Source: a virus
IMG/VR virus record: IMGVR_UViG_3300005583_000002
Span: 3,683-67,682 of that record
DNA: 64,000 nucleotides
Direction: 5' to 3' (one strand)
Position numbers and translations under genes: made by a program
In this document: positions 33,976 through 43,816 of the stretch, piece by piece
Numbering within the stretch: the first letter of the stretch is position 1
Layout: the number at the start of each line of letters is the position of its first letter
The notes under the pieces: generated by a model
Told to the model about the DNA's origin: nothing
What the model saw: the letters and a program-made list of their open reading frames with translations, nothing else
Database searches by the model: none

Positions 33976-36081
33976 GTGTTACAAGAATTAGAAAACGGGA
34001 ATCCCGACTTAGTCCCAATCGAAACTAAGTCCATTGGCGCTTTTGTCTTTAGGCTCACGGATGATTTTATCCAATCATACAGAAGCAAGACACCACCCTT
34101 CGGCTATATTGACGCAGCTGGAAATTCCGTTGGTGAAATAACATTTCTTCGTACATACTCAAGACTAAAAGAAGATGGCACAAAAGAGACATGGGTTGAT
34201 GTCTGTGAAAGAGTAGTAAATGGAATGTACTCCTTGCAGAAAGAACACTGCAAAAATAATAGACTTCCATGGAACGATGCACGAGGCCAAGCAAGTGCGA
34301 AAGAAGCATTTGATAGATTGTTTAATCTAAAATGGACACCACCAGGTAGGGGCCTATGGGCCATGGGCACTAGTATAGTGTCAGTGCAAAAAAACTCTGC
34401 TGCTTTACAAAACTGTGCGTTTGTTTCAACGGCAGAAATGAATAAATTTAATCCAGCAAAGCCATTCGCATTCCTTATGGAAGCATCGATGCTTGGTGTT
34501 GGAGTTGGTTTTGATGACAAAGGTGCCGATAAAGATTTTAGTATATACGAACCATTAAAAACGGAAAATCCTAATGTTTATATTATTCCGGATACAAGAG
34601 AGGGATGGGTTGAATCACTTTCTATGTCGCTTAACTCATACCTAAAACAAGGACAATCAGAAGTAACATTTGACTACTCAAAAATACGTCCAATTGGTAC
34701 TCCTATAAAAACTTTTGGTGGAGTAGCTGCAGGCCATGAACCATTAGAAAAGCTGCATAAGCATATCAAGCGCATGTTTGATAAAAGATCTGGCGAGAAG
34801 CTAACTAGAGTAGACATAGCTGATATAGGAAACTTGATTGGTGTGTGTGTTGTTTCTGGTAACGTCAGAAGATCGGCCGAGCTGTTAATAGGACGCTTAG
34901 ACGATGACAATTTTATTAATCTAAAAAACGCTAAAGTTTTTCCAGAAAGAAATTCATACAATAAAAACAATAGTGGATGGGGTTGGATGTCCAACAACTC
35001 TGTTGAAACTAAAGTTGGAAGTGATCTTAGCGGTATAGTAGATGGCATAGCTAGAAATGGAGAACCAGGAGTTCTTTGGATGGATCTGTCTAGAAAATAT
35101 GGAAGACTATCCGATCCACCAAACGATAAAGACTGGCGTGTTGCCGGCTATAACCCATGTGCAGAGCAGTCGCTAGAATCATATGAGTGCTGTACGCTAG
35201 TGGAGACCTATTTAAACAGACATGATACCCTAGAAGACTACAAGAGAACATTAAAGTTTGCATATCTTTACGCAAAAACCGTAACACTGTTACCCACCCA
35301 CTGGGAAGAAACAAATGCGATCATGCAAAGAAATAGAAGAATAGGAACATCAATGTCTGGTGTTGCTAACTTTGCAGACAGAGTTGGGCTTCCAGTGCTA
35401 AGAGAGTGGATGGACGAAGGCTACAAAACAATCCAGAGATACGACAATGTTTACTCTGAATGGCTTGGTATCCGTGAGTCGATTAAAATGACTACAGTAA
35501 AACCATCTGGCACAGTATCTATACTTGCTGGAGAATCTCCTGGGATCCATTGGACTCCAGGTGGAAAATATTTTTATAGAACAATTAGATTTTCTAACGA
35601 CGACCCGATGCTAACCCTTTTTAAAATGGCTAACTATAGAATAGAAGTAGCAGCTGAATCACCAGAAACAACTTCGGTCGTTTATTTCCCTATTAAATCA
35701 GACTCTGTACGTTCAGAAAATGATGTAACTATTTTTGAGAAGATGTCACTAGCTGCAATGGCACAAAGATATTGGTCAGACAACTCAGTTTCTGTAACCA
35801 TATCTTTTAATCCAGAGACAGAGACCCAGCATGTTGGAACCGTTTTGCATATGTACGATGGTCAACTCAAAACTGTTTCATTTTTGCCTCAAGGTGGAGC
35901 CTATGCGCAGATGCCGTTTACCCAGATAGATCAAGAAGAATATGAAAGTAATCTTTCTAAGATATTCCCAATTGATCTTCAGGGAGTGTATGCTGGTATG
36001 GCAAAGGACGCAATAGGAGAAAACTATTGCACTACAGACTCATGCGAGATAAAACTTATTAAGGAAAATACCAAAAGCTAA
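33976..36081 (+). CDS. nrdJ: Class II (B12-dependent) ribonucleotide reductase, monomeric RTPR type
   Basis: PPGRGLW, LQNCAF, CVVSGNVRRSA, NPCAEQ, TVKPSGTVS, C-terminal YCTTDSC. Confidence 0.92.
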   Translation: MLQELENGNPDLVPIETKSIGAFVFRLTDDFIQSYRSKTPPFGYIDAAGNSVGEITFLRTYSRLKEDGTKETWVDVCERVVNGMYSLQKEHCKNNRLPWNDARGQASAKEAFDRLFNLKWTPPGRGLWAMGTSIVSVQKNSAALQNCAFVSTAEMNKFNPAKPFAFLMEASMLGVGVGFDDKGADKDFSIYEPLKTENPNVYIIPDTREGWVESLSMSLNSYLKQGQSEVTFDYSKIRPIGTPIKTFGGVAAGHEPLEKLHKHIKRMFDKRSGEKLTRVDIADIGNLIGVCVVSGNVRRSAELLIGRLDDDNFINLKNAKVFPERNSYNKNNSGWGWMSNNSVETKVGSDLSGIVDGIARNGEPGVLWMDLSRKYGRLSDPPNDKDWRVAGYNPCAEQSLESYECCTLVETYLNRHDTLEDYKRTLKFAYLYAKTVTLLPTHWEETNAIMQRNRRIGTSMSGVANFADRVGLPVLREWMDEGYKTIQRYDNVYSEWLGIRESIKMTTVKPSGTVSILAGESPGIHWTPGGKYFYRTIRFSNDDPMLTLFKMANYRIEVAAESPETTSVVYFPIKSDSVRSENDVTIFEKMSLAAMAQRYWSDNSVSVTISFNPETETQHVGTVLHMYDGQLKTVSFLPQGGAYAQMPFTQIDQEEYESNLSKIFPIDLQGVYAGMAKDAIGENYCTTDSCEIKLIKENTKS

Positions 36082-36110
36082 TTAATCTATTAACCTAAGA
36101 ACGGGGTATT

Positions 36111-36458
36111 ATGTCTGAAAAAGATGATTTAAATAATAAATTTTCAGAAATAACAGAAGAAATTGCCATAGATAATGTAGATAAAATAATACAAGAAGAA
36201 AAGATTAACCAAGTACAAAAGTATTTAAGTATAATCGAATCTTTAAGCTATTCTAATATTGATATTAATATGGTATTAAATGATTTAATTAACGACCCTT
36301 TATTTTCTTTAGATAAATCAGTGTATGATATGATTGAAGACCTTTATTTTAGTTCAGAAAAACTTAGAGAAGCTATCGCTATCTTTTATGTGGATTCTAT
36401 GGTAGAGTATTATGATGACATCGAAGATGGAGAAGAAGATGAAGATAGAAGAATATGA
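36111..36458 (+). CDS. Acidic hypothetical protein
   Basis: 115-aa ORF. Confidence 0.55.
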   Translation: MSEKDDLNNKFSEITEEIAIDNVDKIIQEEKINQVQKYLSIIESLSYSNIDINMVLNDLINDPLFSLDKSVYDMIEDLYFSSEKLREAIAIFYVDSMVEYYDDIEDGEEDEDRRI

Positions 36459-37209
36459 TGAAAATTTTACAGAAATTTCACCAATAGTTACTTCTGGCAT
36501 AGACAAAGAAAGTGATCATTTAATCACTGTACTAAATAATGGGTACGTAAAACTAGTCGATCACATGGGGACTGACGTTTCCGTAGTTAATGCAGCTAGA
36601 GCTTCTTTTGCAAAGGAAAATACCACTAAAGAACTCACAGTTGCAGACGCTAGATTGATTAATTTTTTAGCTAGAGAAAATCACATGTCTCCATTCAGAC
36701 ATGCTTTTATTACCTTTGAATTTAAAGCTCCGCTCATGGTAGCTAGACAGCATTGGAAATATGTAGTGGGGTCTGACCACACAATGGATTCGTGGAACGA
36801 GTCTTCTAGAAGATATATAACTATGGACCCTGATTTCTATGTCCCAGGGGTAGAAGATTGGCGCATGGCCCCAGAGGATAAGAAGCAAGGGTCTGAGGGC
36901 TCAGTAGGCCCCTGGATTGGCTCCGTATTGACGAACGAGTTGAATCGATACATAGAGCAAGGTGAGGCACTTTATAATATGGCCATGGAAAATGGCGTAG
37001 CTCCTGAGCAGGCCCGATTGTTCTTGCCGGCATATTCTATGAACGTAGTCTATAGATGGTCAGCCAGTTTACAATCAGTAGCTTTATTTTTAAACCAAAG
37101 ACTTGCAGAAGAATCACAAAGAGAAATACAACACTACGCAGATGCCGTTTATAAATTAGTGCAACCACTCTATCCAGTTTCTCTATCATGCTTAGTGGGT
37201 AGAAACTAA
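36439..37209 (+). CDS. thyX: Flavin-dependent thymidylate synthase
   Basis: VVNAARASF, HMSPFRH, ARQHWKY..SWNESSRRY, GVAPEQARLFLP, SQREIQ. Confidence 0.92.
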   Translation: MKIEEYDENFTEISPIVTSGIDKESDHLITVLNNGYVKLVDHMGTDVSVVNAARASFAKENTTKELTVADARLINFLARENHMSPFRHAFITFEFKAPLMVARQHWKYVVGSDHTMDSWNESSRRYITMDPDFYVPGVEDWRMAPEDKKQGSEGSVGPWIGSVLTNELNRYIEQGEALYNMAMENGVAPEQARLFLPAYSMNVVYRWSASLQSVALFLNQRLAEESQREIQHYADAVYKLVQPLYPVSLSCLVGRN

Positions 37210-37376
37210 TGTTTATTGATATTTTATTATTGATAGTATTTTCTGTCTGCATTAACTGGTTAGTTTCATTAAATAATGTCCTGCAATTAGAGAAGAATAC
37301 AAGAACAAGATATCAAATGATCTTATTATCTTTGGTTATAGGCGTAATTTCTGGTTTAGTAGTTGCTATAATATAA
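37209..37376 (+). CDS. Small two-TM membrane protein (55 aa)
   Basis: Translated by hand: MFIDILLLIVFSVCINWLV...MILLSLVIGVISGLVVAII; TAATG coupling to thyX. Confidence 0.6.
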   Translation: MFIDILLLIVFSVCINWLVSLNNVLQLEKNTRTRYQMILLSLVIGVISGLVVAII

Positions 37377-37414
37377 CCATGTCAGTAGCAATAAAAAAGA
37401 TAGAGATCCAATAA

Positions 37415-37627
37415 ATGGCAGCGTCAAAATTAAATTACATAGTTTTGTACGAAGGTGTCAGCCAAGTATATGGATGCTCTTCCAAGAAGATAGCAATGGA
37501 AACACCTGCGCCACAAGGCATTGACCCTAAAAGCAAAAAAGTATTATTCGTTACGTTTGAGCCTGACACAAATAACCTTTGTGTTTATCAGATAGAAGAA
37601 GAAGATGACAAAGAAACAAGTATCTAA
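37415..37627 (+). CDS. Hypothetical protein
   Basis: 70-aa ORF in operon. Confidence 0.55.
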   Translation: MAASKLNYIVLYEGVSQVYGCSSKKIAMETPAPQGIDPKSKKVLFVTFEPDTNNLCVYQIEEEDDKETSI

Positions 37628-37847
37628 GAAAAAAATTAATATAAAACTCAAACCTTACGAAGCGTTTGTTATAATGCAAACCAGTGAGCTTTTGTCTATA
37701 GCCGAGTTGCTAGAATCTGCTTTAAGAAAAGAAGAAGATAAGCAATCAAAAAGTAAGATCAACGACCTTGCTTTACGTGTAAGATTAGCTATAAACGAAA
37801 ACCAATTTATACCACAAGAACAGGTTGGCTATGATGAGTGGGAGTAA
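37605..37847 (+). CDS. Hypothetical protein
   Basis: 80-aa ORF in operon. Confidence 0.55.
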   Translation: MTKKQVSKKKINIKLKPYEAFVIMQTSELLSIAELLESALRKEEDKQSKSKINDLALRVRLAINENQFIPQEQVGYDEWE

Positions 37848-38088
37848 AAGAATGTTGGGTCTTGCGGTAACCGCAGTAACTTTTACCATGTTGCAATTAT
37901 ATTACAATAAGAACCAGACGCCCAAGCGCAATAGCTCTATCGAACCTACAGAAAAACAATTAAGAAATAGACTAGAAGAATTTTTTACTGATGATTCTTT
38001 AACAAAAGCTCAAGACAAATATGATACGATGGTTAAAATGGGTATGAACGCAAAAGATGCGTATAGAATACTGGGTTGTTCAGTATGA
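37825..38088 (+). CDS. Hypothetical protein with N-terminal hydrophobic segment
   Basis: 87-aa ORF; exact start uncertain. Confidence 0.5.
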   Translation: MAMMSGSKRMLGLAVTAVTFTMLQLYYNKNQTPKRNSSIEPTEKQLRNRLEEFFTDDSLTKAQDKYDTMVKMGMNAKDAYRILGCSV

Positions 38089-38888
38089 TAGACCTGTGTG
38101 TAGTAAACCACAATACTGCTGGTCTAATGAAGCGTTTTCTAGATACCCTTCATTTGGATCTAGAAAATAAAAATAGGAATTGGAAGTTGCACATAACAGA
38201 TAATGATTCTACTGACGAGTTCATAGAATTTATTAGGCATTGGGGTCATAGCTATCATATAGAAAATTTATTCTTGAGAAAGAATATAGGCTACGCTGCT
38301 GCTTGTAATTATATGGGTAGTAAAACCAATTCAGATATATTAGGATTGCTAAACTCTGACGTATGGATGACCAACGATGACGTAGATAAGATACAAGCGA
38401 TATTTGATAGCAACCCGGACATACATATATTGGGCCCTAAGCAAAGAGACGAACATGGTCGAGTAACGCACGCCGGCATGACTGGCACGAGTGTACAACC
38501 AATCATGAGAGGTTGGATGTTAAATGACCCTGAAGATATAATGTTTAGAGACAGAGTAAATTGTGTCACGATATCTGGATCAGCTTACTTTATAAGAAGA
38601 GAAGTATGGGATGCCATGTTAAATCATCCTAAGTATAAAGAGATTCATCCGGAGGCCCTAGGAGCGTTCTTGCCTACGCCACATTATTACGAGGAGACAT
38701 GGTGCTCATACTTTGCACGTCACCTAGGATATAACGTAGTTTACGATGGCAGTGTATCAATCGGACATAGCTGGCACGCTTCGTCCGCAAAGCCTGGAGA
38801 AGGCGTAAGTCACGTAGACCATTACTTTCCTATATCAAGAGAGATTTTTAGAAAAGCTTGCGATCATATTGGGATCGAACGAGACTAA
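38085..38888 (+). CDS. Glycosyltransferase family 2
   Basis: CVVNHNT, TDNDSTD, NIGYAAACN, LLNSDV, ISGSAYFIRRE, YYEET. Confidence 0.88.
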   Translation: MIDLCVVNHNTAGLMKRFLDTLHLDLENKNRNWKLHITDNDSTDEFIEFIRHWGHSYHIENLFLRKNIGYAAACNYMGSKTNSDILGLLNSDVWMTNDDVDKIQAIFDSNPDIHILGPKQRDEHGRVTHAGMTGTSVQPIMRGWMLNDPEDIMFRDRVNCVTISGSAYFIRREVWDAMLNHPKYKEIHPEALGAFLPTPHYYEETWCSYFARHLGYNVVYDGSVSIGHSWHASSAKPGEGVSHVDHYFPISREIFRKACDHIGIERD

Positions 38889-38925
38889 GTAAACTAATTT
38901 TACACAACAATAGAAAGAAGATAAA

Positions 38926-39327
38926 ATGTCAGATCAATTTAATGTTTATTTATATAATGCAGAAGTAGTTAAGGTAGTAGATGGAGACACGTTCAAGATA
39001 AATATTGATCTTGGATTTGAAGTACACCTTGGGCCAAAGAGCGTAAGACTTTATGGTGTTAACACTCCCGAAAGCCGTACTAAAAACCTTGAAGAAAAGA
39101 AAATGGGACTGGCTGCAAAAGAATTTACTGATCAATGGATTAAAAAAGCTGGCAACTATGTAAAAATTGAAACTATCTTAGATAAGAATGAAAAGTATGG
39201 TAGAATACTTGCTAAAGTATGGAATGAAGCTGGCGAATGTCTTAACACTGAAATCGTTAAGGCTGGACTAGCTAAAGAATATTTTGGCGTAGGCGATAAA
39301 ACTTTTGAAGAATTTAAGAAGGCGTAA
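38926..39327 (+). CDS. Thermonuclease (SNase) family nuclease
   Basis: VVDGDT, IDLGF, RLYGVNTPESRT, KYGRILA. Confidence 0.9.
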   Translation: MSDQFNVYLYNAEVVKVVDGDTFKINIDLGFEVHLGPKSVRLYGVNTPESRTKNLEEKKMGLAAKEFTDQWIKKAGNYVKIETILDKNEKYGRILAKVWNEAGECLNTEIVKAGLAKEYFGVGDKTFEEFKKA

Positions 39328-39731
39328 TGCAAACTTTTTTACCATATCCAGATCTTAAAAAGTCAGTTCGGGTATTAGATTATCGTAGACTTGGAAAGCA
39401 ACGAGTAGAAACTTTTCAAGTTTTAAATATCTTACTTGATCGCACCCCAACAAAAGGATGGCGAAACCATCCAGTAACACGCATGTGGTCAGGTTACGAA
39501 TCCGCTCTACAGCTTTATCAAAATTATACTATTCAAGAATGGGTCAACAGAGGCTACAAAAACAATATGCAATTTGAAGAAATATTAATTCTATCTCCAC
39601 AAATGCCCAATTGGTTTGGCGATGAAGCATTTCATAGATCACATAGGTCTAACCTATTAAGAAAAGACTATGAATACTATAGCCAATTTTTTGATGAGCC
39701 CATAGACTTAGAATACAGTTGGCCAGTATGA
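39327..39731 (+). CDS. MSMEG_6728-like / pyrimidine-dimer DNA glycosylase (DenV) family protein
   Basis: MQTFLPYPD, LDYRRLGKQRVE, GWRNHPVTRMW, HRSHRSNLLRKD. Confidence 0.85.
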   Translation: MQTFLPYPDLKKSVRVLDYRRLGKQRVETFQVLNILLDRTPTKGWRNHPVTRMWSGYESALQLYQNYTIQEWVNRGYKNNMQFEEILILSPQMPNWFGDEAFHRSHRSNLLRKDYEYYSQFFDEPIDLEYSWPV

Positions 39732-40135
39732 GCATCACTGTTTATTTAGCTGGAGCAATGGATTACGTTGGTGACTACGCTCTTGGCTGGAGAAAAGAAG
39801 CCACTGAATTACTTAAGCAGAGAGACTATAAAGTTCTTGATCCTACCTCTATACCAGAAGAGGATACTATGTCAGCAGAAGAGATAGTCCAAAAGAATTT
39901 GTTTATGCAGAAGCGATCAGATATTTTGCTGGTAGAATACATGCTAGAAGACAGAGCTTACATAGGCACTGACTTTGAAATGGCATACGCAAAACTAAAC
40001 AATCAACCCGTAATAGTTATATGCTCAAAGCAAAATAGTGATCGACCTTATATGAAATATATGTCGACAAAACTTGCCGAGAGCGTTGCTGATGCTGTAG
40101 AATATATATCAATACATTATCCAACAAACCAATAA
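39728..40135 (+). CDS. Nucleoside 2-deoxyribosyltransferase-like protein
   Basis: VYLAGAM, WR, VLDP, SDILLV, GTDFEMAYA. Confidence 0.8.
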   Translation: MSITVYLAGAMDYVGDYALGWRKEATELLKQRDYKVLDPTSIPEEDTMSAEEIVQKNLFMQKRSDILLVEYMLEDRAYIGTDFEMAYAKLNNQPVIVICSKQNSDRPYMKYMSTKLAESVADAVEYISIHYPTNQ

Positions 40136-40144
40136 AGGAAAAAA

Positions 40145-40327
40145 ATGTCAGACAATAAGTTCAAATACTTTACGGTAGAAACCGTAACCGTAGTAAAAGC
40201 TAATAGCAAAACAGATGCAGAAAAGCTTGCGATGGGCCGTCGTGGTGTAGCAGGAGAGGTTATCCTGAAGACTACAGACGTTGAAAGAATCACTGCAATT
40301 CAAGCTCGTAAGCACATCGTTATTTAA
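40145..40327 (+). CDS. Small protein similar to the N-terminus of the metallophosphoesterase
   Basis: 60 aa; RBS AAAGGA; followed by a terminator. Confidence 0.6.
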   Translation: MSDNKFKYFTVETVTVVKANSKTDAEKLAMGRRGVAGEVILKTTDVERITAIQARKHIVI

Positions 40328-40345
40328 TTATCATTATTAGCAATC

Positions 40346-40384
40346 ACCAAGCGTGGGGTTCGTCCCCACGCTTGGTTTATCTTT
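40346..40384 (+). terminator. Intrinsic terminator
   Basis: ACCAAGCGTGGGG-TTCGT-CCCCACGCTTGGT 13-bp stem plus TTATCTTT. Confidence 0.75.
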
Positions 40385-40394
40385 AAGGAAAAAG

Positions 40395-41105
40395 ATGATT
40401 TACGGATTAGTTGTAGCCAGAAACGAAGAAGATAGGTATTTAGAAAAATTCCTACAAAGATTATTTACACAAGTAGATAAGATAATATTTACAGATGATT
40501 GTTCAACTGACAACACTGTAGAAATCGCCAAGAAGTATGCAGAGGTATATTCTACTTCTGAAAATATGTTCATAAAACACGAGGGTGCCCTTAGAGCAGA
40601 GGCTTGGGCTAACCTTGGTAAGCACGCTAAACCAGGCGACTGGGTTGTAGCTATAGACGCAGACGAAATACTGTACACAATGGATAACGAATCCATAAAG
40701 GACACATTGGATAAGTCTCCATTCGACGTAGTAAATGTTAGAAGATGCGAAATGTGGGATGAAAATTCCTACAGAGTAGATAAGATGTGGGCTCCGCATA
40801 ACACTACTAGAATTTTTAGGTATGCAGCTAATGGAGTCTACAAAGATAAGAGATTAGCTTGTGGCTCTGAACCAACCTATGTAGATGAATGGATAAGACT
40901 TGGCAATAGATGGTACGACAATCCATTCATAATGCAACACCTAGGGTATGCAAGACTGGAAGATAGAGTATCAAAGCACGAGCGTTACATGACTCTTGAC
41001 AAGGGTGAGTTTCATAATATAATACACTTACAATCAATATTGGACAATAACCCAACTTTAATTAATTGGGGTATTTTTGGAAACAAAGAGGTAAACTTAA
41101 AATGA
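40395..41105 (+). CDS. Glycosyltransferase family 2
   Basis: VVARNEE, DDCSTDNT, WVVAIDADE, HLGY; ATG 40395 with AAGGA RBS. Confidence 0.88.
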   Translation: MIYGLVVARNEEDRYLEKFLQRLFTQVDKIIFTDDCSTDNTVEIAKKYAEVYSTSENMFIKHEGALRAEAWANLGKHAKPGDWVVAIDADEILYTMDNESIKDTLDKSPFDVVNVRRCEMWDENSYRVDKMWAPHNTTRIFRYAANGVYKDKRLACGSEPTYVDEWIRLGNRWYDNPFIMQHLGYARLEDRVSKHERYMTLDKGEFHNIIHLQSILDNNPTLINWGIFGNKEVNLK

Positions 41106-41725
41106 CTATCATAAATAGCAGAGAAACAATAAAAGAATTGACTTATAAAATGTCAAGAAAAGAGCACTTTGCTTTTGTAAACTTCTCTAGGTCAGCACTT
41201 CTCGCTGCTACCGGAAAGATACCAGCAGAAAAAAGACCTCCTAAACCTTTTGTAAAGTCAATCATTAATGCCTTAGAGGTAAAGAATAATAATTACATGA
41301 AAGCTATTCCTACTCATATGATCGGTCAGGGTTCTGGTTTTTCTGTAAGCGAAATTAAGAGCCTTGATAATGAAAAGATATACGATGCCGGCATGCTTGA
41401 GTATTATTATGTTTCTAAAAAAGATATTTTTGATTCTTTTATCGAGCATTACATTAAATACAGCTCGACATTAGTTGTTTCTTTCCATGAAAAAAAGACT
41501 ATACAAAAAGTTATAGGGTCACCTAAGCATTACCTACAGGTTCCCTACAATGACTTCTATGACAAGCTAGATTCAATTTATGAATCTATAATTGCCTATG
41601 AAAATATAGACTACTGCATACTCGATTGCCCGGTGCTAGCGTCGGCGTTAGCTCCTAAAATTTGGGCTAACTCAAACATGTCTATATTAGACTTTGGAAA
41701 AGTATTTACAATAGCTAGCAAGTAG
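41102..41725 (+). CDS. Possible GT-D-fold glycosyltransferase-like protein
   Basis: FAFVNFSRS...ILDCPVLASALAPKIW...ILDFG resembles a degenerate GT-D pattern; adjacent to a GT2 gene. Confidence 0.4.
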   Translation: MTIINSRETIKELTYKMSRKEHFAFVNFSRSALLAATGKIPAEKRPPKPFVKSIINALEVKNNNYMKAIPTHMIGQGSGFSVSEIKSLDNEKIYDAGMLEYYYVSKKDIFDSFIEHYIKYSSTLVVSFHEKKTIQKVIGSPKHYLQVPYNDFYDKLDSIYESIIAYENIDYCILDCPVLASALAPKIWANSNMSILDFGKVFTIASK

Positions 41726-41730
41726 TCCTT

Positions 41731-42387
41731 ATGCGAAGAGGTTCAAATCCGCATAAGGACAATGACGATACCGAATACATGGTAGACTTGCTCATGGAAA
41801 CATCTATGTCTTTAACTGAAATAGCTAAAGAATTAGGTTGGACAATTAACGCTTTGAATAAAAAGATTAATCAGTTGGGTCTTAACTGGATAAAAACTAG
41901 ACATAAAAAAATGTCCAGAGGTCAAGCAGCTTTAACTGATTTGATGCAAAAGCTTTTGCCCAACGAATCCATAGTAAGCGAACATCATATTGGAGATAGA
42001 TTAAAGCTTGACATATACTGCCCTAAGTACAAGATAGCTGCCGAGTATCATGGACGTCAGCACTTTTATTATACTGGAAGATTTTTTAATTCAAAAGAAG
42101 ATTTTGAAGAAGCAGTAGAGAGAGATGAAAAAAAGGCAACACTTTGTCAAGAACAAGGTATTGCTCTTCTAGTCTTTAGATATAACGATAAGCTAACTGA
42201 AGAAGCAGTTTTTTCTAGAATACTGGAAGCAATAAAAAACTATGTTCCATCAGAAGAAAAGACTAATAAATATAATAATAAAATATCTGAAAGTAAGTTC
42301 TATCAAGACGCAAAAAAGAGATATAATACTATCCAAAGAAAAAGATACAAAGAACTAAAGGAAAAAAATGGCAATAGAAGAAAATAA
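41731..42387 (+). CDS. HTH plus Vsr/DUF559-like endonuclease
   Basis: SLTEIAKELGWT HTH; LKLDIYCP..IAAEYHGRQHF..RDEKK. Confidence 0.75.
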   Translation: MRRGSNPHKDNDDTEYMVDLLMETSMSLTEIAKELGWTINALNKKINQLGLNWIKTRHKKMSRGQAALTDLMQKLLPNESIVSEHHIGDRLKLDIYCPKYKIAAEYHGRQHFYYTGRFFNSKEDFEEAVERDEKKATLCQEQGIALLVFRYNDKLTEEAVFSRILEAIKNYVPSEEKTNKYNNKISESKFYQDAKKRYNTIQRKRYKELKEKNGNRRK

Positions 42388-43816
42388 CAATACTTATCCT
42401 ATTGAGTATCAGATATTTGCGCTATGCCTAAGACACCCTGGTGCAATAAACTTTTTTTACGATAATTTAAAAGCAGATATAGTAGGAATTAACCACGGAG
42501 AAAATGGTGTATTCGAATTCTATAATGCAATTCTAGCTTTCCATAAAGCAACACAGCTAGACATAGTTGATCCAATAGCATTTAGGTCTTGGCTGCAAAC
42601 AGAGACCGAAATATACGAAGCCTTAGGGGGCCATGTGGGCACCCAAGCTATGTTTAATATACTGATGAACATAGACTTGTCTAGCGCAGAGTCCATACTA
42701 AAAGTCATAGAACATAAAGCAAACAAGAGAAAACAAATAGACTATCTACAAGAACTGCAGATTTTAATTACACAAAAATCAAGCAAGTCAGATGAAGACG
42801 TAGAAAGAATATCTGTTTTAACTAATAAAATTAGAGAATTAGAAAATGATATTAACTATAATCCCTTAGAGCATGTTACTACAGCAAGCGATATAGCTAA
42901 TAGAGCAGAAGAATTGCTGGTAATACCAAATTTTTTACCAACTCAATTTAAGTCTCTTAACAGAGCTATGGGCTACACTGACGAGGGAGGGTTCTTTAAG
43001 GGAGCAGTGCACGCTATCATAGCCCCTTCTGGCAAGGGAAAAAGCACATTTGCTAAGTGCCTAGTTAATCATTGGGTTGAGGTAGGTTATTCGGCATTGT
43101 TTATTAATTTTGAAGAAGCTGTGTCCCATTGGGAAAGAGTTCTAATGACTCAAATTATAGGACAAAACGTTTATTCAGAAGCAGGGAAGTGGTCTCAGGA
43201 AGAAAAAGATAAGCATCTTAAAACTTTTAAAGATAAGATGGAGCAGTGGGGAGATCGATTCATGGTAAGACATGATCCAGAAACCCCATACTTTGAGGAC
43301 CTAGAAAGATGGCTTAGAGATATCATGGGCCATAATGCCAAGCTTCCGGACGTTATAGTTATCGACACCATACAGTCCATGTTTACACGAGGCGGAAAAG
43401 GTAAGCCAAGATGGGGCGAATTTGAAGAGATGATGGTTCGTTTAGAGAAGTTAGCTAGAGATATGAACTGTGCTTTTATAATAACCGCACAAGAAAACTC
43501 TAATAGAATGAAAGAAAAGAGAGAAGTAGTCCAACAATCAGACACTGGTGGCTCTCTTGCTATCCAACAAAAGTGTGCAGTGACTATCTTTATAACAGAT
43601 AAAAAACTAGCATCAGGCGATGAGTCAGAAGAGGACTATGTAATGCAACTACAGATACCAAAAAATAGAATAACTGGCTCTACATTCGTATATGACCCAC
43701 CCTTAGTAAGATATAATGATACTACTAAGTCTTACGAAGACTACGAAGTTGTAACAAATGATACCTATTCTACTTCATCTTTACTAGATGATTTATTAAG
43801 TGGAGATTTTTCTTAA
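42368..43816 (+). CDS. dnaB: DnaB-like (SF4) replicative helicase
   Basis: Walker A APSGKGKST, FINFEE, Walker B VIVIDTIQ, TAQEN, IPKNR. Confidence 0.85.
   Translation: MAIEENNNTYPIEYQIFALCLRHPGAINFFYDNLKADIVGINHGENGVFEFYNAILAFHKATQLDIVDPIAFRSWLQTETEIYEALGGHVGTQAMFNILMNIDLSSAESILKVIEHKANKRKQIDYLQELQILITQKSSKSDEDVERISVLTNKIRELENDINYNPLEHVTTASDIANRAEELLVIPNFLPTQFKSLNRAMGYTDEGGFFKGAVHAIIAPSGKGKSTFAKCLVNHWVEVGYSALFINFEEAVSHWERVLMTQIIGQNVYSEAGKWSQEEKDKHLKTFKDKMEQWGDRFMVRHDPETPYFEDLERWLRDIMGHNAKLPDVIVIDTIQSMFTRGGKGKPRWGEFEEMMVRLEKLARDMNCAFIITAQENSNRMKEKREVVQQSDTGGSLAIQQKCAVTIFITDKKLASGDESEEDYVMQLQIPKNRITGSTFVYDPPLVRYNDTTKSYEDYEVVTNDTYSTSSLLDDLLSGDFS

Noticed and set aside
37379-37414. 11-codon mini-ORF in frame with 37415
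   Set aside because: Too short to support and no evidence for readthrough of the TAA.
40353-40394. Track start for the GT2 gene at 40353
   Set aside because: It lies inside the terminator hairpin; ATG 40395 has a proper RBS.
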